IMG/VR virus record: IMGVR_UViG_3300033069_001378 | Span: 188,527 to 252,526 of that record | Length of the DNA: 64,000 nt | Source of the DNA: a virus | Taxonomy: Duplodnaviria; Caudoviricetes | Direction: 5' to 3' (one strand) | Part shown: piece by piece, positions 48,575-58,788 of the stretch | Numbering within the stretch: position 1 is the first letter of the stretch | Layout of the letters: each line of letters begins with the position of its first letter | Position numbers and translations under genes: made by a program | Notes under the pieces: generated by a model | Databases searched by the model: none | The model's input: only the letters and a program-made list of their open reading frames with translations | Told to the model about the DNA's origin: nothing

Positions 48575-49525
48575 TTATCTTCCTTGATTGCTTCCGTCTG
48601 GTCCGCCTTGAAACCCTGGACCCAAAGCTGGTCTTGCCACTGGTGCAGGGATTGAGGTTGGTTGTACTGGTGTTGGTAGAGCGTTTGCAGAAGCGTTGTT
48701 CAACATAACTTCTGGTTGGTTGTTGACAAGAGGAACGATCTGATAAAGCTTTGTAAGCTCCGATCTCTCTGCCACGATCATTCTAGCTTCGATCACATTC
48801 CAGTTTAGTTCACGCATCATGGATATGACATAAGCTTTCTTGTCATTCGCATATTCCTTGTAGTACGAATGGCTCCACATATCCATAACGATAATAGGTA
48901 CGCATCCCATTGGAACTCCAACTGCGTGTCCGTCAATGACTGCATTAACGTAGACTCCGCGCATTGGTTCGTAATAGGTTACTGCCCAACCTTCTCTTGA
49001 TGCCATGCAGCAAGCAATGAAGTCATATTGCCACTTCTCAAAGTTACCAAAGCTCTGATTGAGCTTGATAAAAGGAATGGATTCGAAGGTTATTTCAGAA
49101 GCCAAGTCTCCGATATTTCCAAAATACAACTCATGAAGCTTAATGGCATTCAAGTTGTATTGTTCATCCATTTTGAGAGAACGGAAATCGCTTGCGTTTG
49201 AGCTTGCATCGTCTCTAGCGGCAGAATCAAGCTTTATGGAAACCTTGTTGAAGGTTTCGATGTAGCCTTTGTAGAGAACTTCGTGTGCCTGCTTTGTACG
49301 CTCTGAGAGCTTTTCTGTTTTGTTCAAGAAGGCTTTTGGGGTAAGGACAAGGGCTTCCTTGAGAGAGGCTACAATCGCTTTTGTTTTTTCCTTGGCGGAC
49401 TCAACAATGGTTGTCTTCTCACTCTTTTTGGTGACTGCCACAGGAAACTTTACTCCGCTGCTCTTGAGTACACCATCTAGCGATTCTTTCACTAGAGATT
49501 GAATGTCTTTTTCGTTAATGGTCAT
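48575..49525 (-). CDS. sod: Fe/Mn superoxide dismutase with N-terminal extension
   Basis: AHEVLYKGY, LHELYF, FGNFEKW, GWA, MDMWSHSYY metal ligands. Confidence 0.85.
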   Translation of the reverse strand: MTINEKDIQSLVKESLDGVLKSSGVKFPVAVTKKSEKTTIVESAKEKTKAIVASLKEALVLTPKAFLNKTEKLSERTKQAHEVLYKGYIETFNKVSIKLDSAARDDASSNASDFRSLKMDEQYNLNAIKLHELYFGNIGDLASEITFESIPFIKLNQSFGNFEKWQYDFIACCMASREGWAVTYYEPMRGVYVNAVIDGHAVGVPMGCVPIIVMDMWSHSYYKEYANDKKAYVISMMRELNWNVIEARMIVAERSELTKLYQIVPLVNNQPEVMLNNASANALPTPVQPTSIPAPVARPALGPGFQGGPDGSNQGR

Positions 49526-49582
49526 TTCTGCATATCTCCACTATTTTCCAGGATAGTGTTAAATATGCAGCATAACTCATTC

Positions 49583-52500
49583 TCACTCTTTTTCAAGAGA
49601 CGGAGAAGTATTATCGTGCTCAAAAACTACATCAACCTTGTTCATCTGCGTTGCAAATCCAAAATCAGACTTCTTGAAACTGCCAAGAATCAAAGTGTTT
49701 TCTGGCAATGGCTTATCTTTACCTTCTCTGAAACTCCACATGAAGCAGTTGACGTTTGAGTCAAGTTCTCCACGAAGCTGTGCCTTCAAATAGGTCTTGC
49801 CAGTTTTTGTCTTGGCAATCTTGCAGGTTGAGACGATTGCCCAATAGGTTTCCGACTCATCTGAGTAGTTGTCGATTGACCTTATGCCAGATGACCTTAG
49901 ATACTTCTGAATATCTGGTGTGATAATCAATTCGATTCCTACGTTTCCTGCCAAAGAGCGGAAAGACTCAATCTTTTCCTTCTGATTCCAATCGGGAATT
50001 TCCTGTGCTTCGGCAATGAGATTGGTGATTATCTCTTGAACGGATTCCTTTGTGGCTTTCTTCTTCGCAGACTCACGCTTAAGCTTATCTGCATTTTCAA
50101 CAATAACGTGGTGAAGCTGCTTGTAGTTCTTAAACTGCTGACCTTCTGAACCGACGAGATTCATAGAATCAAGAGCACCAAGACGAACAAGGGTTTCAAG
50201 TGCGCGCTTATTGAACTTGCTGTGTCTCCAAGTCTTACCGTCTCTTTCAAACATTATGTCATTAAGAGACTTGTAGGGACGGTTCTTCTTGATTTCATTG
50301 ACAACGCTAACGCCGCAATACTTCAACGAAGCAAAAGACGGAGTGAGAATCTTATCCTCCCCTTCTCTGCGAACAGCATATCCAATATCAGAATAGTTGA
50401 TATCTGCTTTACCAATGAGATAACCAAGAGACTTAGCTTCTCCGATAGCCACTTCCTTTGGATCATCCTTGCCAGTTACCTTGCCCTTTTCGGTGACACA
50501 ATAATCGATATAGGTTGTGATCCATTCGTCTGGATAGTAGTTCAAGAACCAAGCACACTGATACGATACGGTGGCATAGGATACAGCGTGAGACTTGTTG
50601 AACGAGTAGCTAACGTACTTCTCTAGGTCATCGAAGATTTGTCCCGATAGCTTCTCTGGAACGTTGTTTGTTGCCAAGCAACGCTTCAAGAAATCCTCAC
50701 GAAGCTTCTGTCTGTCTTGTGCTGCCTTATCCTTGTTGGAAATGTCTTTCTTGGTGAAAGCCTTACGAACCGCGTCTGTTTCTTCCAAAGGCATTCCGGC
50801 AAGTTTGTGATAAACAAGCTGTAGCTGCTCTTGGAAAATAACCGCACCATACGTATCGGAAAGCACCTCTTCAAGAAGAGGATGATCGTACTTGATCTTC
50901 TTTGGATTCTTGCGGTTTTCAAGGTAGATTTTATCTACACCTGCTCCAAGAGGACCGGGACGGAAGATAGAGGTTGCTACAGCAATGTCAATGACGTTGC
51001 GTGGTTTCATTCTCTGAATGAACTTCTGTGCTGGTGGTTGAACGAACTGGAAAATACCTGCCCATTTACCTTCCCAATAGATGTTTTTGAAAACGTTAAT
51101 GTCATCCATCATGTTGTTGTCTGGATGGACGTTTTTGTAGTACCAATCGTTTATCTCTTTGAAAGAGACGTATCTTGGGTTTACGCCATTCTTCTTTGCA
51201 ATGATCTTCCTGATTGTTTCTTCAAACATTCGAAGAGTACCAAGACCAAGAATATCGAACTTCAAGAATCCAAGACCTTCAAGATGACGATAGTTCAATC
51301 CTTCTGTCCATGGAGTCTGTACGACACCACCACTCTTTACGAGAGGCATGTTTGCTGGAGCGTTGTCCGTGATAAGAACTCCTCCAGCGTGTCTTGACTG
51401 AGACTTGATCTGCTTAAACAAGACTTGAATGGTTTGAGCGAACGATGGATTATCCTCGATTAGCTTTCTGAAAGTCTTTGAGTTGTTGAACGCTTCGTTG
51501 TAGGTGAGAACCCAAGTAGCTGCGTCGAATCCCGAAACAGACTTTGCCACCTGACGTGCTTCTGCTTCAATGGCACCTGTCTGCTTGTTTACCTCTTCAA
51601 AGGAAAGACCATAGATACGCGAGACGTCTTTGATAAGACTTCTAAGCTGCAACTGATTGAAGTTGCTGATTGCGACAACGTTTTGCTCACCGAAATATTT
51701 GGTGATAATCTCAAGTGCCTTTTCTCTGTCAGAGCAATCGGAGTCAATGTCTGGCCAACCGAACTTGACCTTCGACAAGAAACGACTGAATAGAAGACCG
51801 TACTTGATTGGATCGACTTGAGTAAGCGACAAACAATAAGCAACAAGACTTCCTGCTGCCGAACCTCTTCCGGGTCCGGTCAACATTTCGTTCTGTAGCT
51901 CTTTCATGAGCTTCTCGTAAGTAAGGAAATACTTGGCAATCTTAAGATGCTTGATTGTGTCAAGCTCATACTTCATCTGGTCCACGTACTTTGGATCAGA
52001 ATCTTTCTTGCGCCATACAAGACCTTCAATTGACTTGTGCTTTAACTCTTGGAAAGCAACAAGATCCTCATCTGTCTCGCCATCAGAGTTTTTGAACTTG
52101 TCGTTTGAGAAATATTCAGCAAGACGCTTCTTGTTGTCAACCAAGAGTCCGATAGCTGGAAGCTTTACTTTCTTGTTTGGTTCAATAACGTCTTTGTCAA
52201 TCTGGTCATGAGCAATGATGTAAGACTGCTCGATTGCCTTTTTGACAATTGAGTCATCATAGAAATCATAGGTCTGCTTCAAGTCTTTGTAGGTTGACCA
52301 AAGCTGCTGTGCGTTCTTTGGATAGAGTTCGCATTTAAGCTGTTCAATCTTTTCTGGAATCGAATCCTTATCAACAACTTCCTTTGTCTTGGAAGACCAT
52401 GACATAAGCTTATAGATTTCCCTCTCGCGCCATTGCTCAGGACGGGCATAGTGGCTATCACAAGTTACAATGAGTGGCGTAGAGAGGCGCCTAGAGGCTT

Positions 52501-53440
52501 CCATGAGGTGATAATTGACAAGGTGTTGGGTAGGCAACTTGTTGAACTGCAACTCAAGGTAAAAACTCTCCCGATTCTTGTCTCCAAGAGCTTCGTGGAA
52601 CCTTTCGATGACCGAAGCAAGTTCCGCTTGAATCTTTTCCTCGTTGTCGTGAATGGTATCAAGACCCCACTTCTCAAACTCGGCAGACTGATTATCAAAA
52701 ATGGTTCTCGCAAGACGACCACCGATGCAGGCAGAGCTTGCAACAAGATTCCCCTTTGCATACTTCCTAAGCAGATCAAAATCGATTCGAGGATACTTGT
52801 AGTATCCGTTGATGAAGGATTCTGATGTTAGCTTGAAAAGGGAGTAAAGTCCTTCTTGATTTTTTGGAAGAAGAACAAGATGGTTTCTTTGCTTGATTGG
52901 ATCGGAGAACTTGTTGTAGGTTTTCGTTTCCTGTTCGTTCTCAACGGTAGAATCTCCAGATTCGTCTTCATCAACAACGACCTTTACTTCGCCACCTTCA
53001 TACTCTTCTTGGAGGTCTGCCTTTGTTTCTGCGAACTCGTCTCCAATCAACTCAACAGCAGGATCGTTCTTGTTTTTCTTAGCAAGTGCAGCCTGTTCTT
53101 TTGCTGCCTTGTCTGTACGAGCCTGCTCTTTGCGCTCTTCATTAAGAGTCTTCCATGTACTTAGAGAGTCAATGAAATAAGCTTCTACGCCTGGAATTGC
53201 TTTGAACTTCGATCCGCTCTTCTTTAGCTTCTCGTGGTGAAAGTATTGATGAGAATAACCGTTAAGGTTTCCATGGTCTGTCAATGCCAGAGAATCAAGA
53301 CCGTTCTCGATGGCATAGTCAATATGCTCTTGTGGAAATCCAATAGCGTCGCCAATGCTGAAATTGGAGTGCGCGTGCAGATTAACGAACTTTGTTGGTG
53401 CCTGCTGCTGGTTATTGTTTTCGTCTTGCTTTTTGGTCAT
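49583..53440 (-). CDS. dnaE: DNA polymerase III alpha subunit
   Basis: LHAHS, ALTDHG PHP motifs; GPGRGSAAGS; PDIDSD; RHAGG; KFDILGL; YSFNKSHA; start MTKKQD. Confidence 0.97.
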   Translation of the reverse strand: MTKKQDENNNQQQAPTKFVNLHAHSNFSIGDAIGFPQEHIDYAIENGLDSLALTDHGNLNGYSHQYFHHEKLKKSGSKFKAIPGVEAYFIDSLSTWKTLNEERKEQARTDKAAKEQAALAKKNKNDPAVELIGDEFAETKADLQEEYEGGEVKVVVDEDESGDSTVENEQETKTYNKFSDPIKQRNHLVLLPKNQEGLYSLFKLTSESFINGYYKYPRIDFDLLRKYAKGNLVASSACIGGRLARTIFDNQSAEFEKWGLDTIHDNEEKIQAELASVIERFHEALGDKNRESFYLELQFNKLPTQHLVNYHLMEASRRLSTPLIVTCDSHYARPEQWREREIYKLMSWSSKTKEVVDKDSIPEKIEQLKCELYPKNAQQLWSTYKDLKQTYDFYDDSIVKKAIEQSYIIAHDQIDKDVIEPNKKVKLPAIGLLVDNKKRLAEYFSNDKFKNSDGETDEDLVAFQELKHKSIEGLVWRKKDSDPKYVDQMKYELDTIKHLKIAKYFLTYEKLMKELQNEMLTGPGRGSAAGSLVAYCLSLTQVDPIKYGLLFSRFLSKVKFGWPDIDSDCSDREKALEIITKYFGEQNVVAISNFNQLQLRSLIKDVSRIYGLSFEEVNKQTGAIEAEARQVAKSVSGFDAATWVLTYNEAFNNSKTFRKLIEDNPSFAQTIQVLFKQIKSQSRHAGGVLITDNAPANMPLVKSGGVVQTPWTEGLNYRHLEGLGFLKFDILGLGTLRMFEETIRKIIAKKNGVNPRYVSFKEINDWYYKNVHPDNNMMDDINVFKNIYWEGKWAGIFQFVQPPAQKFIQRMKPRNVIDIAVATSIFRPGPLGAGVDKIYLENRKNPKKIKYDHPLLEEVLSDTYGAVIFQEQLQLVYHKLAGMPLEETDAVRKAFTKKDISNKDKAAQDRQKLREDFLKRCLATNNVPEKLSGQIFDDLEKYVSYSFNKSHAVSYATVSYQCAWFLNYYPDEWITTYIDYCVTEKGKVTGKDDPKEVAIGEAKSLGYLIGKADINYSDIGYAVRREGEDKILTPSFASLKYCGVSVVNEIKKNRPYKSLNDIMFERDGKTWRHSKFNKRALETLVRLGALDSMNLVGSEGQQFKNYKQLHHVIVENADKLKRESAKKKATKESVQEIITNLIAEAQEIPDWNQKEKIESFRSLAGNVGIELIITPDIQKYLRSSGIRSIDNYSDESETYWAIVSTCKIAKTKTGKTYLKAQLRGELDSNVNCFMWSFREGKDKPLPENTLILGSFKKSDFGFATQMNKVDVVFEHDNTSPSLEKE

Positions 53441-53530
53441 ATTTGTGTTTCCGATTCTGATCCAAGAACGTACATTTGGATTCTGTAGGATAGATCGGAA
53501 TGACAAAACTATAAACAGGATCGATTATTA

Positions 53531-54157
53531 TCAATCGTCCAGCAAACTTGAATCAAGTTCAAACGTGCCTATTTGGGTCTTTGCTATCTGAATTGAGCCA
53601 ATATAGTGCTCATATATCCTCTTTTGACGCCTAAATTCAAGATAAACAGACGATAATTCAAATCCGCTGTCACCACTTGTAGCAGCAGAGGTTGCAAGGT
53701 TGTCCATAGTTAGAATCAAAGGCTCAAGTTCTGAGGCTAGTCTTTGCAACTCATGCAATGTTAGCTCAGATTCAAACAAGTTTACTTTGACGTTTAGCTC
53801 ATATAGAGACTTGACTTCATTCCATTTTGCAATCTTTTTGCTTAGATTTATGAGAATTTGGGCATAGGTAAGAATGTTGGCAAGCTCTTGCTTTGAGTGA
53901 ATCAGTTGATTCATCTTTTGATGAGCTAGCTGATACTCCTTTTCGAGTTCCCTTATCCTTGACTCTATCCTGAAGCCGTTTACATCTATTGGCTTCTTAA
54001 CAGAAAAAGAAGAAGCACTACTTTTCGATGGTGTCACACTTGTTGGCTGAGATTCCGAGGGAGTCTGTGACGACTGCATCGGTTGGGTAATTTGTTCTAC
54101 CTGTTCCGTTGGCTCTTTCAGCTTCTTCTTGGGTTTGTTGATCTTTCGTAGAGGCAT
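53531..54157 (-). CDS. coiled-coil hypothetical protein
   Basis: GGAG/GCAGGT SD; 208 aa. Confidence 0.6.
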   Translation of the reverse strand: MPLRKINKPKKKLKEPTEQVEQITQPMQSSQTPSESQPTSVTPSKSSASSFSVKKPIDVNGFRIESRIRELEKEYQLAHQKMNQLIHSKQELANILTYAQILINLSKKIAKWNEVKSLYELNVKVNLFESELTLHELQRLASELEPLILTMDNLATSAATSGDSGFELSSVYLEFRRQKRIYEHYIGSIQIAKTQIGTFELDSSLLDD

Positions 54158-55112
54158 ACCTGCTCCATGACCTTCTCTTTACAGAGACTTTCCTTCTGGA
54201 AGTATAACCAATATCTACCATTTCGTTTATGAGCTTCTGATCAAAGTTCAGGGTTTCGCTTGTTAGATAAGAGACTGGCGAATATACGTCGATGTTTATG
54301 TTTTGGAAAAAGCAAATCTCTTTCAAGTCATTTAGAAATAGTTCATCTGACAAGATTTCTGTTGTTCTTACAATAACGTCGATGAGATTCTTGTTCTTCT
54401 TTAGAGTCTTTGCGTGATCTCCGTAAGGTTCACACAAGATTACGTCGATATGTTTAACATCGAAATGAAGAGCATCGTTGATTGGAACGTTGTTTCTAAG
54501 TCCGCCATCAATGTATTCATCATTTGCAACCTTGATAGAAGGAAACAAGATTGGGAATGCGGAGGATGCCATGATCCAGTCTGTCATTCCCTCGTGGTAC
54601 TTGTTGATGTTCTCGTATCTGCCTGTGAGAAGAGAAGTGGTCCCAAGAATGAAGTCAACATCAGAACGTCTTAGCTTTTCAAAGTCCCAATTCTCGTTGA
54701 TAAGGTTTCTTAGAGGTTCGGTTGAGTTGACGTACTTGGTGAAGAATGCAATTGCATATTTCCAAAACCCTGGTCCACAAGGCTTATAGATTGTATCGTT
54801 CTTAATCTTGGTCCTCCAGAAATTCTCAAGCTTGTCAACGCCTTCTTGAATCTCGCTCTTGTTATACATAGCAAGATAAGAACCTGTCAAGGCTCCGACA
54901 GATACTCCAATAATGAGATCCCACTTGATTCCTTGCTCCATCAAAGCTTTGATAGCTCCGATTTGAAAGGAACCTTTGACTCCACCACCACCAAGAATTA
55001 AAACTCGATCGTATTTCTTTTTTGTTGTTTGGGTTTTGACATTTTTAGTTTTGACAGTAACGTCTTCATTGCGGCTGTTGAAACTTGATGATTTTGTTGT
55101 TGTCATATCCAA
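54018..55112 (-). CDS. patatin-like phospholipase
   Basis: LGGGGVKG, GVSVG nucleophile, IDGG. Confidence 0.92.
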   Translation of the reverse strand: MDMTTTKSSSFNSRNEDVTVKTKNVKTQTTKKKYDRVLILGGGGVKGSFQIGAIKALMEQGIKWDLIIGVSVGALTGSYLAMYNKSEIQEGVDKLENFWRTKIKNDTIYKPCGPGFWKYAIAFFTKYVNSTEPLRNLINENWDFEKLRRSDVDFILGTTSLLTGRYENINKYHEGMTDWIMASSAFPILFPSIKVANDEYIDGGLRNNVPINDALHFDVKHIDVILCEPYGDHAKTLKKNKNLIDVIVRTTEILSDELFLNDLKEICFFQNINIDVYSPVSYLTSETLNFDQKLINEMVDIGYTSRRKVSVKRRSWSRYASTKDQQTQEEAERANGTGRTNYPTDAVVTDSLGISANKCDTIEK

Positions 55113-55171
55113 ACCCCTTTACCTTAATTACTCAAGGTAGCTTATGTTTTACAACATGTTGCTCAAGTATT

Positions 55172-57100
55172 TCAGTAAATTGTATCTTCCGTAACAATAA
55201 GCTCAACGTCAAAGGATCCCAAAGCAGATGCCGTTATTTGCTTAAGACTCAATCCCTCATTTGGTCTAATTGTTATTGGTTTTAGTCCAGGTTTTGCTTC
55301 ATAGCTATAGAAAAGGTTTTGCAATGCAAGTTCGAACGTTGGGGGAATAAGTGTTGCCGGTGTGAACTCATCCGATTTCCAATAACGTCTCATGAGAGGT
55401 CTTACGGCTTCACCAGTGATTGTAGCATTTGTTTTTGCTGTTATTCTTGCATCTATCGTATCAATTGAATCAAATGCGTCATAGAACAAGTTGACACCTG
55501 CTGAATGGCTTGTGATTTTTAGCAGTTGAAACTGTGCCTGGATACCTGTAATTGATGCAGATTGTGCGTTAATAATTCTGATTGATTGCACCTTGACAGT
55601 TCTTTCGGTTGATGCATTGTGCAAACTTACCATAGATTTTGTCAAGGCTATTGTTGAACCAGTTACAAGAACAACGAAAGTTTTTGGGGTGTACTCTTTT
55701 GCTATGACCGCATTGTTGAAGTCAACCGTTGCTTTTCTCCAAGGATATGCTCCGTCAGAAATTGCTACGCTGCTTCTTGCCGAATCTGCCATACCAACAG
55801 CACGAAGAGATGATGTGGGTTGTGAAGCAGGTCCAGAGCTGTGATTAAGCGTATGGAATCTGATTGGCAAGCTGTAGGCTGATATTAACGGAAAGTTAGT
55901 TGAAGCGACAGGAATTTCAATACCATCTTGGTACCAGAAGGCAGCATCGGCTCTTGTTACAAGAGCATATCTATGGATAGCGCCGTCTGTAGGCTTGGTT
56001 AGTGATTGAGAGAAAATTCTCGAGTTGTCCGAATAAACAGAAGCAAAAAACTCTCCGGCTATGGTCTGTTCAAAACCAATTCCGTTTGTGATTGGAGCAG
56101 TAGTAGTCCATGTGCCAGATTGGCTTGCAAATCCCCAAAACTTATGATTGTTGGTGATTGCGGCAGTTTCTATTTTGTTGGTGAATCCAAGAAGTCTAAA
56201 CCCAAGACCAACAGAAGGAAATGCTGCTTTGGATTGTATGTATGTGCCTGCGTTAGCCGCGACACCGACAGACATTGTTAAAGCTCCGCTGATGATTGCC
56301 ATGTTGGCACCAGATTGAGAGCCTGTTATCCACTTGTTTGTTGTGTCGATGGTTGCCGAATCAAAGTCTTCTGAAAAGAGAGCAACTGGCTCGTCTGAGG
56401 TTCTCAACGTTCCATAAGTCGATACGAAAGCAGACAACCCTGCCAAAGCTCCAGAAGGAGAGGTGATTGTTGTATATTGAGTACCGGCAGCATCAACTTT
56501 GATTTCTTGGAATCTGTTTTGAGAGTCTGTTCCCCCAACGAGAACACCGCTTATTGGAGCAGTTGAGCCTGTGCCTGCTGTAACGCTTGGTTGAAGAACG
56601 GACATTGTTACAGAAGACGTTACCAAAGTAACGTTCAACGAACTAGGAAAAACAGCACTAGATTGTACTGCGCCTGTGACCCACAATGGAGTATTGGAGT
56701 TAAAGCCTGCTGCGCCAGAAACAAGATAAACGCTTTGTGTAACAGACGAAGTAACTACAGTTACGTTCAATGAACTTGGGAAGACTGCGCTTGATTGAAC
56801 AGAACCAGTTACCCAAAATGGACTGTTTGCGTTAAATCCTGCTGAGCCAGTGACCAAGTTAACTGCTTGAGTTATAGGCATATTCGAAACGGAAACAATG
56901 GAGTTTGTTCCCGAAATGATTACCTGCATACTTCCGCTACTGTCTACTTTCAAAAACCTTGCAGAGTTTGTTTGGTCAACGCCACCAAAGATGAAAAAGC
57001 TTTGAGATAAGCCGTTGATTGAATTGGCAACTCTGACGTCCATCGCGGAGCCGGAAACGTCGTTTAACGCAATAAATTGATCGTCAATAGTAAGTGGCAT
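55172..57100 (-). CDS. putative virion/tail protein
   Basis: 642 aa, S/T/G rich, internal tandem duplication (AGFNxNxPxWVTGxVQSSAVFPSSLNVT twice). Confidence 0.65.
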   Translation of the reverse strand: MPLTIDDQFIALNDVSGSAMDVRVANSINGLSQSFFIFGGVDQTNSARFLKVDSSGSMQVIISGTNSIVSVSNMPITQAVNLVTGSAGFNANSPFWVTGSVQSSAVFPSSLNVTVVTSSVTQSVYLVSGAAGFNSNTPLWVTGAVQSSAVFPSSLNVTLVTSSVTMSVLQPSVTAGTGSTAPISGVLVGGTDSQNRFQEIKVDAAGTQYTTITSPSGALAGLSAFVSTYGTLRTSDEPVALFSEDFDSATIDTTNKWITGSQSGANMAIISGALTMSVGVAANAGTYIQSKAAFPSVGLGFRLLGFTNKIETAAITNNHKFWGFASQSGTWTTTAPITNGIGFEQTIAGEFFASVYSDNSRIFSQSLTKPTDGAIHRYALVTRADAAFWYQDGIEIPVASTNFPLISAYSLPIRFHTLNHSSGPASQPTSSLRAVGMADSARSSVAISDGAYPWRKATVDFNNAVIAKEYTPKTFVVLVTGSTIALTKSMVSLHNASTERTVKVQSIRIINAQSASITGIQAQFQLLKITSHSAGVNLFYDAFDSIDTIDARITAKTNATITGEAVRPLMRRYWKSDEFTPATLIPPTFELALQNLFYSYEAKPGLKPITIRPNEGLSLKQITASALGSFDVELIVTEDTIY

Positions 57101-57175
57101 ATGACCTGTTGAAAAAGTTTAAGTGGATACCAAGTAAATAGTACCCACTCAAAAAAGCTTCTATTTTAGTTATTC

Positions 57176-57889
57176 TTAGAATGTAACTTCTGTTGAAACC
57201 ACGGTTCCGGCACCAGCAGCCGAGAAGATTATGTCAATCTGACCTGTGTATCTCTCAGGGATTTCGTAGTAGCCGTTGTTTTGTAGCTGTACGGTGTAGC
57301 TTGTTGGAGAAGCTGTTGCACCAAGCTTAAGGTATGCGGTTCCACCACCTGTTTTGTAGAACAACGCATGTGATCTATTTTGATTTGATGGCATTATTGT
57401 GAAGTTTGTTATCGAAGCGTTTGTTGAAGAAACAACAGTTGTTGTCGAAGCAATTGTCTTTGCAATAACGGAACCTGTGACGGTTACAACGTTAGCAACG
57501 GTCATTGCACCTGTAACCCAAAGAGGAGTTGTGGAAGTGCCAAAGATCGAGCTGTTTGCGTCTGTGATAACAACCTTCCAAGCATTCACAAAGGAGCTTG
57601 AAAGACCTTGGTTAACAAGAAGAGCGTTGTTGCTTGCTGTTGCAAATGCCCATGGATTTGAGACATAAACGTTACCAGTTATAGTCTGTGTACCTGCTGC
57701 CACGGTGCTCAAAGCGCCAGTGATGAAAAGAGTGCCATCTGTGTCTAGCTTTAGAAATCTTGTTCCAAGGGAGCTAGAGCCTGCAACCATTAGACCTGGC
57801 TGAGTCGTTGCGACTGCCATGGACTGACTTAGGGTTACTTCGAACCCTTCTGAGTTATAGATTATTGAAACTGGTGATGCTAACGACAT
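57176..57889 (-). CDS. putative virion protein
   Basis: RFLKxD and PLWVTG shared with 55172 gene. Confidence 0.65.
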   Translation of the reverse strand: MSLASPVSIIYNSEGFEVTLSQSMAVATTQPGLMVAGSSSLGTRFLKLDTDGTLFITGALSTVAAGTQTITGNVYVSNPWAFATASNNALLVNQGLSSSFVNAWKVVITDANSSIFGTSTTPLWVTGAMTVANVVTVTGSVIAKTIASTTTVVSSTNASITNFTIMPSNQNRSHALFYKTGGGTAYLKLGATASPTSYTVQLQNNGYYEIPERYTGQIDIIFSAAGAGTVVSTEVTF

Positions 57890-57942
57890 TTTGTTTTACC
57901 TCAAACTTGGTTACAATCTATGACTAAATAGATCCGAACGAA

Positions 57943-58689
57943 TCAAAATATGGACCTGCTTCTGTGAGTTTCTATAATTCCAGAATAATAGATTGTGTCA
58001 ATTGTTGTTTTCCTTACAGTGACACCATCGGAAGCGTAAACACTCTGCGTTATGCTGCTAATTGTTTTGTTTCGGTTATACAGAATGTTAGTTTGCAAAA
58101 TCTTTTTTGCCTTTGCAGGAGTCTCCCACCAAGTAGACTGCGTTAGGAATACGTTATTGATGTATCCAGACTCTCTATAAGCTCCGGGTTCATAGCCTTC
58201 GTACGGACCTCCAGCATCTTCTGATAACAAGAGCAACTGCCTTGGATCAAGGGACGCTGTTACGACTCCACTCACATTCAACAAAGCAGAACTCACATGG
58301 AGCAAGTATTGGTTGATCTCATCAACAGCATACCCAACAGGCGTACTGCTGCTGAATGGAAATAAACCAGATACAAACGAGTAAACTCCGTCTACTACGG
58401 AGCCTTGCACTAACGGTATGCCTACTGCTGCTGGTCTTGAGTTGATACCATCATGGCTATGACCAGAAACTACGTTGTGGATTCTAAACTCTATCGTGTA
58501 AGAAAGACCGCCTGTCATCGGCATTGATGCCGAGACACCAATCCAATTTTGAACCGCTGTCATCGCATCATTTATGTTCGAATGCTGAGCAGCGTGTGGG
58601 ACTGCTGCGTCACTTAAATGATTTGTCGATGCGGGATTGTTGTAAATATCAATCCCATATGGATAGTTGGTTGCCACACGATTCTCCAA
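57943..58689 (-). CDS. putative tail/virion protein
   Basis: HAAQHSNINDA, GHSHDG motifs typical of fibre N-termini; start may be GTG at 58677. Confidence 0.6.
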   Translation of the reverse strand: MENRVATNYPYGIDIYNNPASTNHLSDAAVPHAAQHSNINDAMTAVQNWIGVSASMPMTGGLSYTIEFRIHNVVSGHSHDGINSRPAAVGIPLVQGSVVDGVYSFVSGLFPFSSSTPVGYAVDEINQYLLHVSSALLNVSGVVTASLDPRQLLLLSEDAGGPYEGYEPGAYRESGYINNVFLTQSTWWETPAKAKKILQTNILYNRNKTISSITQSVYASDGVTVRKTTIDTIYYSGIIETHRSRSIF

Positions 58690-58716
58690 TTGGGACTTCT
58701 TAAGCGGAACAAAAGA

Positions 58717-58749
58717 AGGTCATACTATAGTTTAGTCTAAGTATGACCT
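58717..58749 (-). terminator. hairpin/terminator containing TACTTA motif
   Basis: Perfect 10-bp stem AGGTCATACT/AGTATGACCT followed by TCTTTT on minus strand. Confidence 0.55.
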
Positions 58750-58788
58750 GCACGAAACATGAAGTAATATACTTATTTTTTTATTGTA

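Noticed and set aside
49583-53440. Intein or split in DnaE
   Set aside because: Continuous ORF; the insertion in the PHP domain is a charged low-complexity loop without intein motifs
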